Positions 1 to 9,847 are shown, counted from the first letter of the whole stretch. The stretch is 63,907 bases of DNA, filler included, from Gemmatimonadota bacterium (GCA_003697105.1; 5 parts of 5 records of this genome joined end to end with filler, not necessarily neighbours in it), one strand, 5' to 3'. Notes: generated by a model not told the origin, from the sequence alone. Program-made: numbers and translations.

Positions 1-67
1 ATATAGGATAAATCAAAACATCAGGCAAGAGTTTTTTTTATAATAACTCGGTTTTACAAGTTTTCTG

Positions 68-96
68 TTGATATTGGATGATAATACGTGTACAAT
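68..96 (+). promoter_or_regulatory. sigma70-like promoter upstream of the NACHT operon
   Basis: TTGATA-17 nt-TACAAT. Confidence 0.5.
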
Positions 97-134
97 TTGC
101 ATGAATAGTAAGCAGTTTTCAGCTTGCAGTGTAC

Positions 135-191
135 AAAACTCACAAACTCACAAACTCATCAAACTCACAAGCTCGTAAAACTCACAAACTC
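135..191 (+). repeat. tandem 8-9 bp AAACTC(AC/GT) repeats in the 5' leader, ending at the ATG
   Basis: AAAACTCAC AAACTCAC AAACTCATC AAACTCAC AAGCTCGT AAAACTCAC AAACTC ATG. Confidence 0.85.
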
Positions 192-1661
192 ATGCCGGAA
201 CTGATCCCCATCTATCGTCAAAAATTACGTGAGCAGATGCAAGCGATTCGGGAAAATGACCCGCTCCAAGCGCAGGATTTAGAGCACATATATGTGGCGC
301 TCAGTGTGCGAGTAGAAGCCGAGGAACGCGCCATTCGCGAAACAACAGATGTGATCGATATTGAGGAAAGCCAAAAAACTATCGCCGCCTTGGAAGCCAT
401 TACTGAATATCCGCTTTTGCTCATTTTCGGTGATCCCGGCAGTGGCAAAACCACACTCTTGCGCCATTTGGCATATCTTTACGCTCCGGCACAAACCGAA
501 TTTTTACCCTTTTTCGTCCGGTTGCATGATTTTGCGGCTCGAAATCTCGCGCTAATCGAGTATCTGGCGCAAAAAATTCGGGAAGAGCACCGGTTACCGG
601 TTTCTGCCGAAAATATCCATCACTGGTTTGATCAGCAGCGGGTACTCCTCTTGTTAGATGGGTTGGATGAAGTGAATCCGAACCGGCGGCAATGGACTCT
701 ACGCTATTTGAACAACGAATTGCAAACCTTGCCCGGGGTGGATCACCGTATTTGTGTGACCTCGCGGATGTCCTATCATTTAGCCTCATCGGATGTCTTT
801 TTTGCCAGTTCAGAGTTGGAAGATTTTCAGGTGGCGGTCTTGAAACCCTTTGACCACCATCAGATTGTCGAATTTATCCACCGGCACGTTGAACGGGACC
901 CCCAGCCGTTAATCACCCAAATAGAACAAACCTCCTCGTTACATCGGTTGGCACAAACACCGATCCTGCTGAAAATCATCACCATTGTGTACGACCAATC
1001 CCCACCGGATCGAACATTACGCTCGCAACGGACAGACCTCTATGCCGATTGTGTGGATTTACTGCTAGATCGCTGGAACCAACAAAAGCAAGTGGTACGG
1101 CTCAACCGGTTTCCCAAAGGAGTCCGGTTGCGAGCCTTAGCCGCGATGGGCTTTGCGGCTCATTTGCAGCAACAACGGTTTATCTCTGAGGAAATTCTCG
1201 CCGCTGCAATCAAAGAACGCTTGCCGGATTTTGTTTCGCGTGATATTTTGTACGAAATTGCTGAAAATAGCGGTATTTTACGTCCCGTCGCTCAAGCTCA
1301 TTATGAATTTCTGCACTTGACCTTTCAGGAATACTTCGCCGCCCGAGCGATGTGGGCAATGCCAGCCAAAGTGGAGGTCGCGGTAGATTCCCGCAAATTG
1401 GCGTGGTGGCGAGAAGCTTTTTTGCTGTATGCCGAGATGGCAAACGATGCCACACCACTACTGGAATACCTCACACAGGCAAAAGATAATATCTTTCGGA
1501 GTTATCTTTTTTTAGCCGGAGAATGCCTGCCGCGCGCGCGTTGCCAACGCGAAGTGCGAGAAAACATCCGCCGGCAATTAGCTAAAGTCCATAAAAAAGA
1601 CCGGTATCGCAAACTCCGCGAGATTGCCGGTCAACTCCTCAAAGCGGAACTAAACGGATGA
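192..1661 (+). CDS. NACHT-family STAND NTPase with no obvious N-terminal effector
   Basis: Walker A GDPGSGKTT, Walker B LLLLDGLDE, VTSR sensor, LAQTPILL, winged-helix FLHLTFQEYFAA; start placed at ATG 192 because the upstream part of the ORF is translated repeat. Confidence 0.9.
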   Translation: MPELIPIYRQKLREQMQAIRENDPLQAQDLEHIYVALSVRVEAEERAIRETTDVIDIEESQKTIAALEAITEYPLLLIFGDPGSGKTTLLRHLAYLYAPAQTEFLPFFVRLHDFAARNLALIEYLAQKIREEHRLPVSAENIHHWFDQQRVLLLLDGLDEVNPNRRQWTLRYLNNELQTLPGVDHRICVTSRMSYHLASSDVFFASSELEDFQVAVLKPFDHHQIVEFIHRHVERDPQPLITQIEQTSSLHRLAQTPILLKIITIVYDQSPPDRTLRSQRTDLYADCVDLLLDRWNQQKQVVRLNRFPKGVRLRALAAMGFAAHLQQQRFISEEILAAAIKERLPDFVSRDILYEIAENSGILRPVAQAHYEFLHLTFQEYFAARAMWAMPAKVEVAVDSRKLAWWREAFLLYAEMANDATPLLEYLTQAKDNIFRSYLFLAGECLPRARCQREVRENIRRQLAKVHKKDRYRKLREIAGQLLKAELNG

Positions 1662-2488
1662 GCCGATACCTCATCATAATATGGCTGGTGATGATCGCCG
1701 GCACTGCTGGAGCCAGCGTGACGGTCTCCCCCAATGGAACACCCACCAACCCCGGAATGATTCGCTACACCAAGCCCGGGGCATCGCCAGTGCTGACCTA
1801 CTGGTTGCAAAATACAACCCACCAACCCCAAACGGTCATCCTCAAGCCCGAACTGATCGGCAAAACCATCTACCTTGCCCCCCACCGGTTGCAGACGGCA
1901 ATCGATCTGAATCAAAATGGAGAATGGGACGCCGGAGATCGAAAAACCACTACGGTGGAAGTGCTCCCCCAGATGATGCAGACCCTCTTCCTGAAAGTGT
2001 ACATCCCCATTTATGCCACGATGGGTGACTCCTTACTGGTGAACCTGATTGCAACGGCGGGAGACCATACCGATCAGGATAACGTCGCCGTTTTGCGCTT
2101 GCAAACGATTTCGGCGCCGCCAGTTAAACCTCCGGTCACACTGCCGGAATTACCGTATGACGTCCAAGAACAGACGATTACGGATTCCAGCGGAACGGAA
2201 AAAGTGTTTATCATTGAAATTCCGCTGGAAGATGTGCCCGATTCGGTACCGGAACACCTCCCAGAGATATTTTCGGATTCGCTCTTACCCGCCCGCAAAG
2301 ATTCCTTTCCCCCCGCCAAAGGAAACACGAGCGCTCCCCAAACCTTCCGGCACTACCAAGCCCCTGCAGTAGATTCACCCTGGAAAGATATGTACTTTTG
2401 GCTACTTATCGGCGGTATTCTCCTCTTTCTGGTGGTGTTCGGCGGTATCGCCTCCAACTCGAATTTCCGGTCTCGATTTTTAGGTTAA
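1658..2488 (+). CDS. hypothetical exported protein with C-terminal membrane anchor
   Basis: N-terminal signal peptide, beta-rich domain with a DLNQNGEWD Ca-loop-like motif, Pro-rich linker, C-terminal TM helix; ATGA overlap with the NACHT stop. Confidence 0.75.
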   Translation: MSRYLIIIWLVMIAGTAGASVTVSPNGTPTNPGMIRYTKPGASPVLTYWLQNTTHQPQTVILKPELIGKTIYLAPHRLQTAIDLNQNGEWDAGDRKTTTVEVLPQMMQTLFLKVYIPIYATMGDSLLVNLIATAGDHTDQDNVAVLRLQTISAPPVKPPVTLPELPYDVQEQTITDSSGTEKVFIIEIPLEDVPDSVPEHLPEIFSDSLLPARKDSFPPAKGNTSAPQTFRHYQAPAVDSPWKDMYFWLLIGGILLFLVVFGGIASNSNFRSRFLG

Positions 2489-2491
2489 GAG

Positions 2492-4402
2492 ATGAAACAC
2501 CTTGTCATCCTGATGTTCATCATTACCACAATTACCACACCTTGGGAGATATTCGCGCAAGATGAACCCCTTGAAGTGGATATTGAGGATGAAAGCGAAT
2601 CCACCCGTTGGAGCGAGCTACTCGACGATCTACGCCAAAACCCACTCGACCTCAATCGCGCTACGGCAACGGAACTGGAACAACTTTTTTGGATTTCACC
2701 TCTGGTAGCGCAATCGATTGTTCAATGGCGACAGCAACACGGGGTATTTGAACACCTGACGGACTTGCTACGCTTTGATGGTGTCGATCCTGCGTTATTG
2801 GCACAGATTGAACCCTATGTGGTGGTACACACCCCGCCCCGGCGCGAAATTCATCTGGAAAGCCGCCACCGCTGGATCGATCCCGATGCCAATGAGGGAG
2901 TACATCTGGATGCCACCGGCAAAAGCTACCAACGACTGCGCGTAGAGTACGGCGAGCATCTGGCAATCGGCGCTTTGGCTGAAAAAGACCCCCAAGAAAC
3001 CCATTGGGCTGATTTTTGGAGCGGCTATGTGGAACTTCAACATTATCATGGTATAAGACGAGCTGTCGCTGGGCATTATCAGGTGCGTTTGGGGCAAGGC
3101 TTGCTGTTTTCCAACCGCAGTACCCTTGCCAAAGAACTGCGATGGATCAAAAGCAACGGCACGGGCATCAAACCATACACCGCCAGCCATGAAAATCAAG
3201 GACACCGGGGAATCGCCGCCGAAATTGCCTACCACCGCCTCACCACACGACTCTTTTACGGTAATACCCGACGTGATGCGACTAAAAATGAAGATGGTAC
3301 CATTAGCGGATTGGATGATAGTGGCGACCATAGCGGCAGTGGTGCGGATAAAAAAGATGTGTTAGCAGAGCAATTGATCGGGTTCAACATAAATTACGCA
3401 ATCCAGCCTGAAATTCAGATGGGGTTGACGGGGTACCACAACCGGTATAACCGGGTATTTAATCCTGCCATCGGAGAAAGCGACGCATTTTACCGGTTTC
3501 GCGGCGAGGAACAGACAATGCTGAGCGCCGATTTCAATCTCTACACCACCGGTTGGAATCTTTTCGGTGAGGTTGCCACCGACACCGGGGCGGGAAACGC
3601 ACTGGTACTGGGAGGCATAACCCAGTGGAAACCGCTAAAAATAGGGATATTGTACCGTCATTATGATGTGGATTTTTACAGCCCGCATGGACAGGCATTC
3701 CATGAATATGACACTCGTAATGAGGAAGGTTTTTATTTGGGAGGGGAACTCAAAGCCACCACCAACAGCCGCATCACCGGTTATATCGATCTGTTCTGGC
3801 GACAATATCGCAGTTATTTTGAGAAATTACCGCCGTATGGCTACGAACAGTATTTGGAACTTCAGTATCGTTTTACACCACACATCACGTTGACCATCCG
3901 GCAAAAAGTACGGGGCAAGGAGAGCCGTTCTACCATTCATGGCACCGCTGAAACCCGGTGGGAAACCCGAATACATCGCCGCTTACAACTGGATTACCAG
4001 TTGAGCCAAACCTTATCTGTACGGGGGCGGCTGGAGTGGTACCGGCAGTCGTACCGGCATATCCATCCCGGGCTGGAATCCGAATTGATGTACGGACAAA
4101 TTCGTTGGAAACCGGCGTCAAGCATCACCCTTACGGGTCGATGGACGATGTTTGGGGAGGGAGAATCTGCCGCCATCTCGTCCCGATTGCCGGTTTACCA
4201 GTATGAAACCGATTTACCGGGCATGAGCCGGACAGTGGGCTTGTACGGGAAAGGTTCAAAGTGGTTTGGAGTGTACCAACAAAAAATTGGCGATCAGGTT
4301 CTCCTGACCGCCAAATATGAACATCAACTTCAAAATGATAAAAATGATCAGGGATACCGCTCTTTACGCCAATATCGCCTTCAACTGGATACCCAATTTT
4401 AG
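2492..4402 (+). CDS. ComEA-like helix-hairpin-helix domain fused to a putative outer-membrane beta-barrel
   Basis: signal peptide; PLDLNRATATELEQL...AQSIVQWRQQHGVF HhH motif; beta-strand-rich body ending LQLDTQF (terminal Phe). Confidence 0.8.
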   Translation: MKHLVILMFIITTITTPWEIFAQDEPLEVDIEDESESTRWSELLDDLRQNPLDLNRATATELEQLFWISPLVAQSIVQWRQQHGVFEHLTDLLRFDGVDPALLAQIEPYVVVHTPPRREIHLESRHRWIDPDANEGVHLDATGKSYQRLRVEYGEHLAIGALAEKDPQETHWADFWSGYVELQHYHGIRRAVAGHYQVRLGQGLLFSNRSTLAKELRWIKSNGTGIKPYTASHENQGHRGIAAEIAYHRLTTRLFYGNTRRDATKNEDGTISGLDDSGDHSGSGADKKDVLAEQLIGFNINYAIQPEIQMGLTGYHNRYNRVFNPAIGESDAFYRFRGEEQTMLSADFNLYTTGWNLFGEVATDTGAGNALVLGGITQWKPLKIGILYRHYDVDFYSPHGQAFHEYDTRNEEGFYLGGELKATTNSRITGYIDLFWRQYRSYFEKLPPYGYEQYLELQYRFTPHITLTIRQKVRGKESRSTIHGTAETRWETRIHRRLQLDYQLSQTLSVRGRLEWYRQSYRHIHPGLESELMYGQIRWKPASSITLTGRWTMFGEGESAAISSRLPVYQYETDLPGMSRTVGLYGKGSKWFGVYQQKIGDQVLLTAKYEHQLQNDKNDQGYRSLRQYRLQLDTQF

Positions 4403-4774
4403 CTATTCCCCAATCAAGTTACGAATGCGTTCCAACACTTCATCCGCATCAAATGGTTTAATGATATGTCCATCCGCACCAATGCCTTTGCTGATCCGGT
4501 CATAAATCGGTTCTGATTTGGCGGTCAGCACAAGCACCGGAATATCTCGGGTTTCTTCATGTTCCCGAATAGAGTGGAATGCTTGATACCCATCCATTTT
4601 GGGCATCATAATATCTAAGATGATAGCATCTGGGGTTTCTTCAACGGCGGTCTTAACGGCTTCTTCTCCATCTGCCGCAGTAACCACGTCATAACCGTCG
4701 TCTTCTAAGAGTAATTTCAAGAGTTCGCGAATGTGTTCTTCATCATCCGCAATCAAAATCTTCTTTTTTGGCAT
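4403..4774 (-). CDS. single-domain response regulator (receiver)
   Basis: KILIADDE, LDIMMPKMDG, LTAK, IKPF motifs. Confidence 0.92.
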   Translation of the reverse strand: MPKKKILIADDEEHIRELLKLLLEDDGYDVVTAADGEEAVKTAVEETPDAIILDIMMPKMDGYQAFHSIREHEETRDIPVLVLTAKSEPIYDRISKGIGADGHIIKPFDADEVLERIRNLIGE

Positions 4775-4834
4775 TAGACTAACCTTTCTATCCACAAATG
4801 AACAGATTAAACCGATCCGGCTTCAATGTTCATG

Positions 4835-4864
4835 ACTATATAAAATACTCTAGTTCACTGTCAA
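4835..4864 (-). promoter_or_regulatory. sigma70-like promoter for the response regulator
   Basis: minus strand TTGACA-18 nt-TATAGT. Confidence 0.45.
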
Positions 4865-4937
4865 GTAGTTTTTTGAAAGCCCGCAAAATGGGAACACAAG
4901 ATGTTCAGCCATCTACCGCCAAACCCGGAGATTTTGC

Positions 4938-4966
4938 TTGACTATTTTGCCAATTTCGGAGATAAT
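4938..4966 (+). promoter_or_regulatory. sigma70-like promoter for the hypothetical/PLD/mscS unit
   Basis: TTGACT-17 nt-GATAAT. Confidence 0.45.
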
Positions 4967-5010
4967 AGGCACATTTGTTCTGATCATCCTCGTAAAGAAA
5001 AAGAGGTGCA

Positions 5011-5349
5011 ATGCCAAACCACCACCTGTGGATCGAATCCATTTTAGAAAATGAAGCCCTCACCGACGGGCTGACCGATACCGACGCCCAAATCCTAATC
5101 GATTGGGTAATTTCGCGGCTTAAAACCGCCCATTCAGAAACAGAAGCCGATCACTGCCGCCACCAAATGCGGTATCTAAGCAAAGCGACCCAAGCAATTT
5201 GGGGCAAAAGCAGTGAGAAAAAATGCCGGTTTTATCTGGGGAAGCTCTTTCCTGAAGCCCGCCTTTCGGAGATCCAAACGGCAACCACCACCCTCGCCAC
5301 GCCCACCGACGTATTAACGTACCTTTTGAACCATCTTGATGAGGCTTAA
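5011..5349 (+). CDS. hypothetical helical protein
   Basis: GAGGTG RBS, 112-aa ORF ending 1 nt before the PLD start. Confidence 0.7.
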   Translation: MPNHHLWIESILENEALTDGLTDTDAQILIDWVISRLKTAHSETEADHCRHQMRYLSKATQAIWGKSSEKKCRFYLGKLFPEARLSEIQTATTTLATPTDVLTYLLNHLDEA

Positions 5350-5350
5350 G

Positions 5351-6502
5351 ATGAATATCACCAAGCGTTTACTGATACTTATCCTTCTGATCACGGTCTG
5401 GGGATGCCAGCCCCTGCCGGAACAGAACGCCCCCGCACATTCCGGCACAAATGAATCCCAAACAGAGACCACCCCGGAAAGCGTGGCATCCGAGAATACA
5501 CCCCCCGTTGATCAAGCACCGGCAGAATCTGCCCCAACGATTGAGGTCTTTTTTAGCCAAGTTGATGACGGTCCAGAAGCCGCCGCCGCCAACCCGAACA
5601 ATATCGATAAAAAATTAGTGGAAAAATTAGACCTCGCAAAAACATCCATTGATGCCGCGTTACATGAAATCGATAGTGAGCGCATCGCCGAAGCTCTGAT
5701 GCGTGCCAAAGAACGGGGCGTAATGGTCAGTGTGGTTACCGAAACGGATTACATGGACGAATTTTCAATTGAACAGCTTCAGGAAGCCGGTATCCCGATT
5801 GTGAATGATAACGGGCGTAGCGGCTTGATGCACAACAAATTTATTATCATTGATGGGGAATTTGTCTGGACGGGTAGCCTGAATACTACCGATAACGGCG
5901 CCAACAAAAACAATAATAACGGGGTGTTTATCCACTCCCCCGAACTGGCAGAAAATTTTGCCGCTGAATTTGAGGAGATGTTCAACAACCAATCCTTTGG
6001 GAAACGCTCTCCAAAGGAGATCCCCCACCCAGTGGTACAACTACCGGATGGCACGGAACTCCTCGTCCGATTTTCTCCAGAAAATGAGGTGGATCAACTC
6101 ATTATTGATGAAATCGGCACTGCCCACACCCAAATCCGATTTATGGCGTTCAGTTTCACCCATGATGGAATCGGAGACGCCCTGCTCCAAAAAGCGGCAG
6201 AAGGGGTGGAGGTGAAAGGGATTTTTGAAAAACGCGGCTCCACCACCCGTTACTCCGAATTGCCGCGCTTGTTGGAAGCCGGTTTGGATGTGCGTCAGGA
6301 TGGAAATCCCTATGTCTTGCATCATAAAGTGATTGTCATTGATGATCAAACCACCATTTTAGGATCATTTAATTTTAGCCAGAACGCAACCAAAACCAAC
6401 GATGAAAATCTGCTGGTGATTCGCCATAATAAAGCCGTCGCCGATCAATTTTTACAGGAATTTGAACGGTTGTACGCAATTGCCGCCGTACCGGCATCGT
6501 AA
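5351..6502 (+). CDS. phospholipase D/nuclease-family lipoprotein with two HKD motifs
   Basis: lipobox VWGC; MHNKFIIID...TGSLN and LHHKVIVID...LGSFNF. Confidence 0.9.
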   Translation: MNITKRLLILILLITVWGCQPLPEQNAPAHSGTNESQTETTPESVASENTPPVDQAPAESAPTIEVFFSQVDDGPEAAAANPNNIDKKLVEKLDLAKTSIDAALHEIDSERIAEALMRAKERGVMVSVVTETDYMDEFSIEQLQEAGIPIVNDNGRSGLMHNKFIIIDGEFVWTGSLNTTDNGANKNNNNGVFIHSPELAENFAAEFEEMFNNQSFGKRSPKEIPHPVVQLPDGTELLVRFSPENEVDQLIIDEIGTAHTQIRFMAFSFTHDGIGDALLQKAAEGVEVKGIFEKRGSTTRYSELPRLLEAGLDVRQDGNPYVLHHKVIVIDDQTTILGSFNFSQNATKTNDENLLVIRHNKAVADQFLQEFERLYAIAAVPAS

Positions 6503-6534
6503 TTTATCTCACCTTTTGGGTAGGAGGCATTTCA

Positions 6535-7356
6535 ATGGATAATCTTATTTCGCAAGCCCTCACATTTTTAACCACGACCGGGGTTTCCTTTTTAGTTCGT
6601 ATCGTGACCGCAATCCTGATTTTTTATGTTGGGAAATGGATTGCCAAACGGATTGTCAAATTCGCCAATACGTCGATGACAAAAGGCGGGATGGAGGATA
6701 CTCTGGTTAAATTTCTAACCAGCATTATGGACGTGGCATTGATGACGCTGGTCATCATTGCGGCGTTAAGCCGGTTAGGGATTCAAACCGCCTCGTTTAT
6801 TGCGGTCTTAGGGGCGGCAGGGTTAGCCGTTGGGTTTGCCCTGCAAGGCACGCTTTCCAACTTTGCCACCGGAGTGATGATCGTCCTGTTCCGGCCGATT
6901 AAAGCCGGGCAATTGGTGGAAGTTGCCGGAGTTTTTGGCCGGGTGAAAGAAGTTCAAATTTTCACCACCATCATCCTCACCCCGCAAAACAAGCAGGTGA
7001 TTATTGCCAATTCCAATGTATTGGCGGGGAACATCGTCAATTACAGTGCCGAAGGGCATATTCGTCTTGATCTGGTTTTTGGGATTGGTTATGATGATGA
7101 CCTGCGGAAAGCAAAACGGATACTGGAAGAGATTGTCGCCAGTGATGAGCGAATCTTAAAAGACCCGGCACCAACCGTTGGCGTGCTAGAACTGGGTGAT
7201 AACAGTGTCAATTTTGCCGTAAATTCTTTTATCGATCCCGAAGATTACCGGGCCGTGCTGTTCGATCTGCATGAGCGGGTTAAACTGCGCTTTGATGAAG
7301 AAGGCATCTCGATCCCCTATCCCCAACGCGACGTACACCTGTATCAGGCGAGCTAA
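6535..7356 (+). CDS. mscS: small-conductance mechanosensitive channel
   Basis: GAAGLAVGFALQGTLSNFA TM3 motif; IPYPQRDVH C-terminus. Confidence 0.93.
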   Translation: MDNLISQALTFLTTTGVSFLVRIVTAILIFYVGKWIAKRIVKFANTSMTKGGMEDTLVKFLTSIMDVALMTLVIIAALSRLGIQTASFIAVLGAAGLAVGFALQGTLSNFATGVMIVLFRPIKAGQLVEVAGVFGRVKEVQIFTTIILTPQNKQVIIANSNVLAGNIVNYSAEGHIRLDLVFGIGYDDDLRKAKRILEEIVASDERILKDPAPTVGVLELGDNSVNFAVNSFIDPEDYRAVLFDLHERVKLRFDEEGISIPYPQRDVHLYQAS

Positions 7357-7387
7357 GCGAAGCGCCTGACGTTTAGTAAACATCGTG

Positions 7388-7430
7388 ATAAAGTGCCTTG
7401 TAACACACCCCGTTACAGGGCACTTTATTT
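7388..7430 (+). terminator. intrinsic terminator-like hairpin
   Basis: TAAAGTGCCTTGTAAC...GTTACAGGGCACTTTA followed by T residues. Confidence 0.75.
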
Positions 7431-7469
7431 AGCCAAACGGAACCGCATCACCGGAATACAAAATAGACG

Positions 7470-8795
7470 ATGACCCTTGACCAGCGCTATCAGGAAATTT
7501 TAAACTATCTCTATTACGAAATTGGACACTTCAACGTCAAATTGGGGTTGGAGAATATCACGGAATTGCTACGACGGTGGGGAAATCCCCAAAATCGCTT
7601 TTGGAGCGTGCATGTGGCGGGTACCAACGGGAAAGGCTCGGTTTGTGCCACCACCCAAGCATTGCTCACTGCGGCAGGCTACCGGGTCGGGATGCTCACC
7701 TCACCACATCTCGTCGATTTTCGGGAGCGCATCCGGATCGGCAACCAACTGATTTCAAAGGCGGATGTGGTGCGCTGGATCGAGCGCCTCCGCCCCGATG
7801 TGGATGACATCGGTGCAACCTTTTTTGAGACTCTGACGGCTCTCGCTTATCTCTATTTCGCCGAAAATAAAGTAGATTACGCCGTGATTGAAGTTGGTTT
7901 GGGCGGCAGATTGGACGCCACTCGTTTAATCAACCCCGCCGTGACCGTCATCACCAATATTGCCCTTGACCACCAGCGTTTGTTGGGCGACACCGTGGAA
8001 AAAATTGCCTACGAAAAAGCGGGTATCATCAAACCATCTATTCCGGTGATAACTGCCGCCACCCAGCCCGAAGTGTTAGAGGTGATATGTGGCGTTGCTG
8101 CCGAAGTGGAAGCTCCCGTCATCCCGGTGCAACGCGCGGCAACCTGGGACAACATCTCCCTGATGCCCACGGGAACACAATTTGATTATCACCGCAATAA
8201 CCACCATCTGGAGCACCTCCAATTTGCTTTGCTGGGTGAACATCAGGTGATAAATGCGGTTACGGCACTTCTGGCGGTGGAACATCTTCCAAAATTGAAT
8301 TTGACGGAAACCACCATCCGTAAGGGTCTGCAAGAGACCCAATGGCACGGACGGTTGCACCGGATCCAACGGGACCCGTGGATTGTCACGGATGGTGCCC
8401 ACAATCCGGCGGGGATGATGACCCTCATCACATCCTTACCACACATTTTTACCTATGAGCGGTTGATCTGGGTATTCGGGGTACTGAAAGGGAAAAGATA
8501 CGAAGAAATGATGGCCCAGATGGAACCTATCGCGGCGGAAATCATCTGTACCCAAGCAGAAAGTGAGCGCGCGGTGGATTGGCAGCTCTTGACGGAAGAT
8601 GTGAGCCAATTGGTGGCATTGCCGGTGGTCGGCGCATCCCGCGTAGCCGAGGCAATCCAAATAGCGCTGGCAAAAGCCACCCCACAAGACCTCATCTGCA
8701 TTGCCGGATCGCTCTACATGGTGGGGGAAACGTTAGCCTATTTTAATCAAACCCCAGAGCAATTACTCTCAAATTCAAACATACTCACCCCGTGA
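7470..8795 (+). CDS. folC: folylpolyglutamate synthase/dihydrofolate synthase
   Basis: HVAGTNGKGS, TSPHLVDFRERI, EVGLGGRLDAT, DGAHN, GSLYMVG. Confidence 0.96.
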   Translation: MTLDQRYQEILNYLYYEIGHFNVKLGLENITELLRRWGNPQNRFWSVHVAGTNGKGSVCATTQALLTAAGYRVGMLTSPHLVDFRERIRIGNQLISKADVVRWIERLRPDVDDIGATFFETLTALAYLYFAENKVDYAVIEVGLGGRLDATRLINPAVTVITNIALDHQRLLGDTVEKIAYEKAGIIKPSIPVITAATQPEVLEVICGVAAEVEAPVIPVQRAATWDNISLMPTGTQFDYHRNNHHLEHLQFALLGEHQVINAVTALLAVEHLPKLNLTETTIRKGLQETQWHGRLHRIQRDPWIVTDGAHNPAGMMTLITSLPHIFTYERLIWVFGVLKGKRYEEMMAQMEPIAAEIICTQAESERAVDWQLLTEDVSQLVALPVVGASRVAEAIQIALAKATPQDLICIAGSLYMVGETLAYFNQTPEQLLSNSNILTP

Positions 8796-8813
8796 CCACG
8801 GCGGAGTCACGCC

Positions 8814-9215
8814 ATGCCAATTTGGAACGAACCCGCGACCCCAACGATTGCAACCCCGCACCGGCAGACATGGATGAAACCCCAAACGGAAATCCGGCCA
8901 GATGACTGGCTGTGTGCCCAATGCCGAGCCTTCATCACGTCCGAACGGGATCGATTTCTATACAACGGATTTAGTGAATTTGAATTTACCAACCCGGGCG
9001 GCTATACGTTTGGGATTATCACCTTTTCCCGCGCGCCGGGCTGCGTGGTGGAGGGTACACCCACCCTAGAATACACCTGGTTTGCCGGGCATACGTGGAC
9101 GATCTGTCTCTGCCGCGGGTGTGCCCTGCATCTGGGCTGGCGATACGATGGGCAATATCAATTTTTTGGTCTGATCCGGCGTCGCTTAATTCGGGCAAGC
9201 ACAATATTTAATTGA
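8814..9215 (+). CDS. cereblon-family (CULT domain) protein
   Basis: CAQC and CRGC Zn ligands; FTNPGG; EYTWFAGHTW...HLGWRY aromatic cage. Confidence 0.9.
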   Translation: MPIWNEPATPTIATPHRQTWMKPQTEIRPDDWLCAQCRAFITSERDRFLYNGFSEFEFTNPGGYTFGIITFSRAPGCVVEGTPTLEYTWFAGHTWTICLCRGCALHLGWRYDGQYQFFGLIRRRLIRASTIFN

Positions 9216-9238
9216 TTGAAACCGGCTAAGCGGCAGAT

Positions 9239-9835
9239 TCATGGCGTCGTATCCTTACCCGCCGGCGCTACAAACAACGATCCGAGCCGTAGTTTTTCGC
9301 CGGTGGTGGGTTCTTCCCGCAACAGTTCTTCCAATTCATCCACACTGGGCAGCTCCGCCAAATCCCGCAGACCGAAATGTTCTAAAAATTTAGGCGTTGT
9401 ACCGTACAACAACGGACGCCCCACATCATCGGACTTCCCTTGGATTTCGATCAGATTCAATTCCAGCAATTTACGGATGACACCGGAACTATCCACCCCC
9501 CGGATATGGGCAATTTCCGCGCGGGAGATGGGCTGTTTGTAGGCAATAATTGCCAATGTCTCTAACGCGGCAGGCGATAACCGCACGTTTTTAACCTGAG
9601 TATATAATTTTGCCACCCATTCTGAAAATGCCGGTTTCGTCATCAACCGGTATCCTTCCCCGACTTCCACAATCGAAAAGGCATGATCCGCATAATGCCG
9701 GTTGAGCGATTGAATTGCCGCCCGAATCGCCTCCGCGGATGTATCTTCCAAAAGCTGGTGCAAATCGGTAATCTTCAGGGCATTATCCGCCGCAAACAAG
9801 AGTGCTTCAATCGTTTGTTCTAAGGGTGTCAACAT
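9239..9835 (-). CDS. scpB: SMC-Scp complex subunit ScpB
   Basis: IEALLFAA, LSPAALETLAIIAYKQPISRAEI...RGV, GRPLLYGTT..FLEHFGL. Confidence 0.96.
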   Translation of the reverse strand: MLTPLEQTIEALLFAADNALKITDLHQLLEDTSAEAIRAAIQSLNRHYADHAFSIVEVGEGYRLMTKPAFSEWVAKLYTQVKNVRLSPAALETLAIIAYKQPISRAEIAHIRGVDSSGVIRKLLELNLIEIQGKSDDVGRPLLYGTTPKFLEHFGLRDLAELPSVDELEELLREEPTTGEKLRLGSLFVAPAGKDTTP

Positions 9836-9847
9836 GGTCTGTTCTTC

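Noticed and set aside
129-191. N-terminal extension of the NACHT ORF (MYKTHKLTNSS...)
   Set aside because: It is simply the translated AAACTC repeat; ATG 192 is the more plausible start
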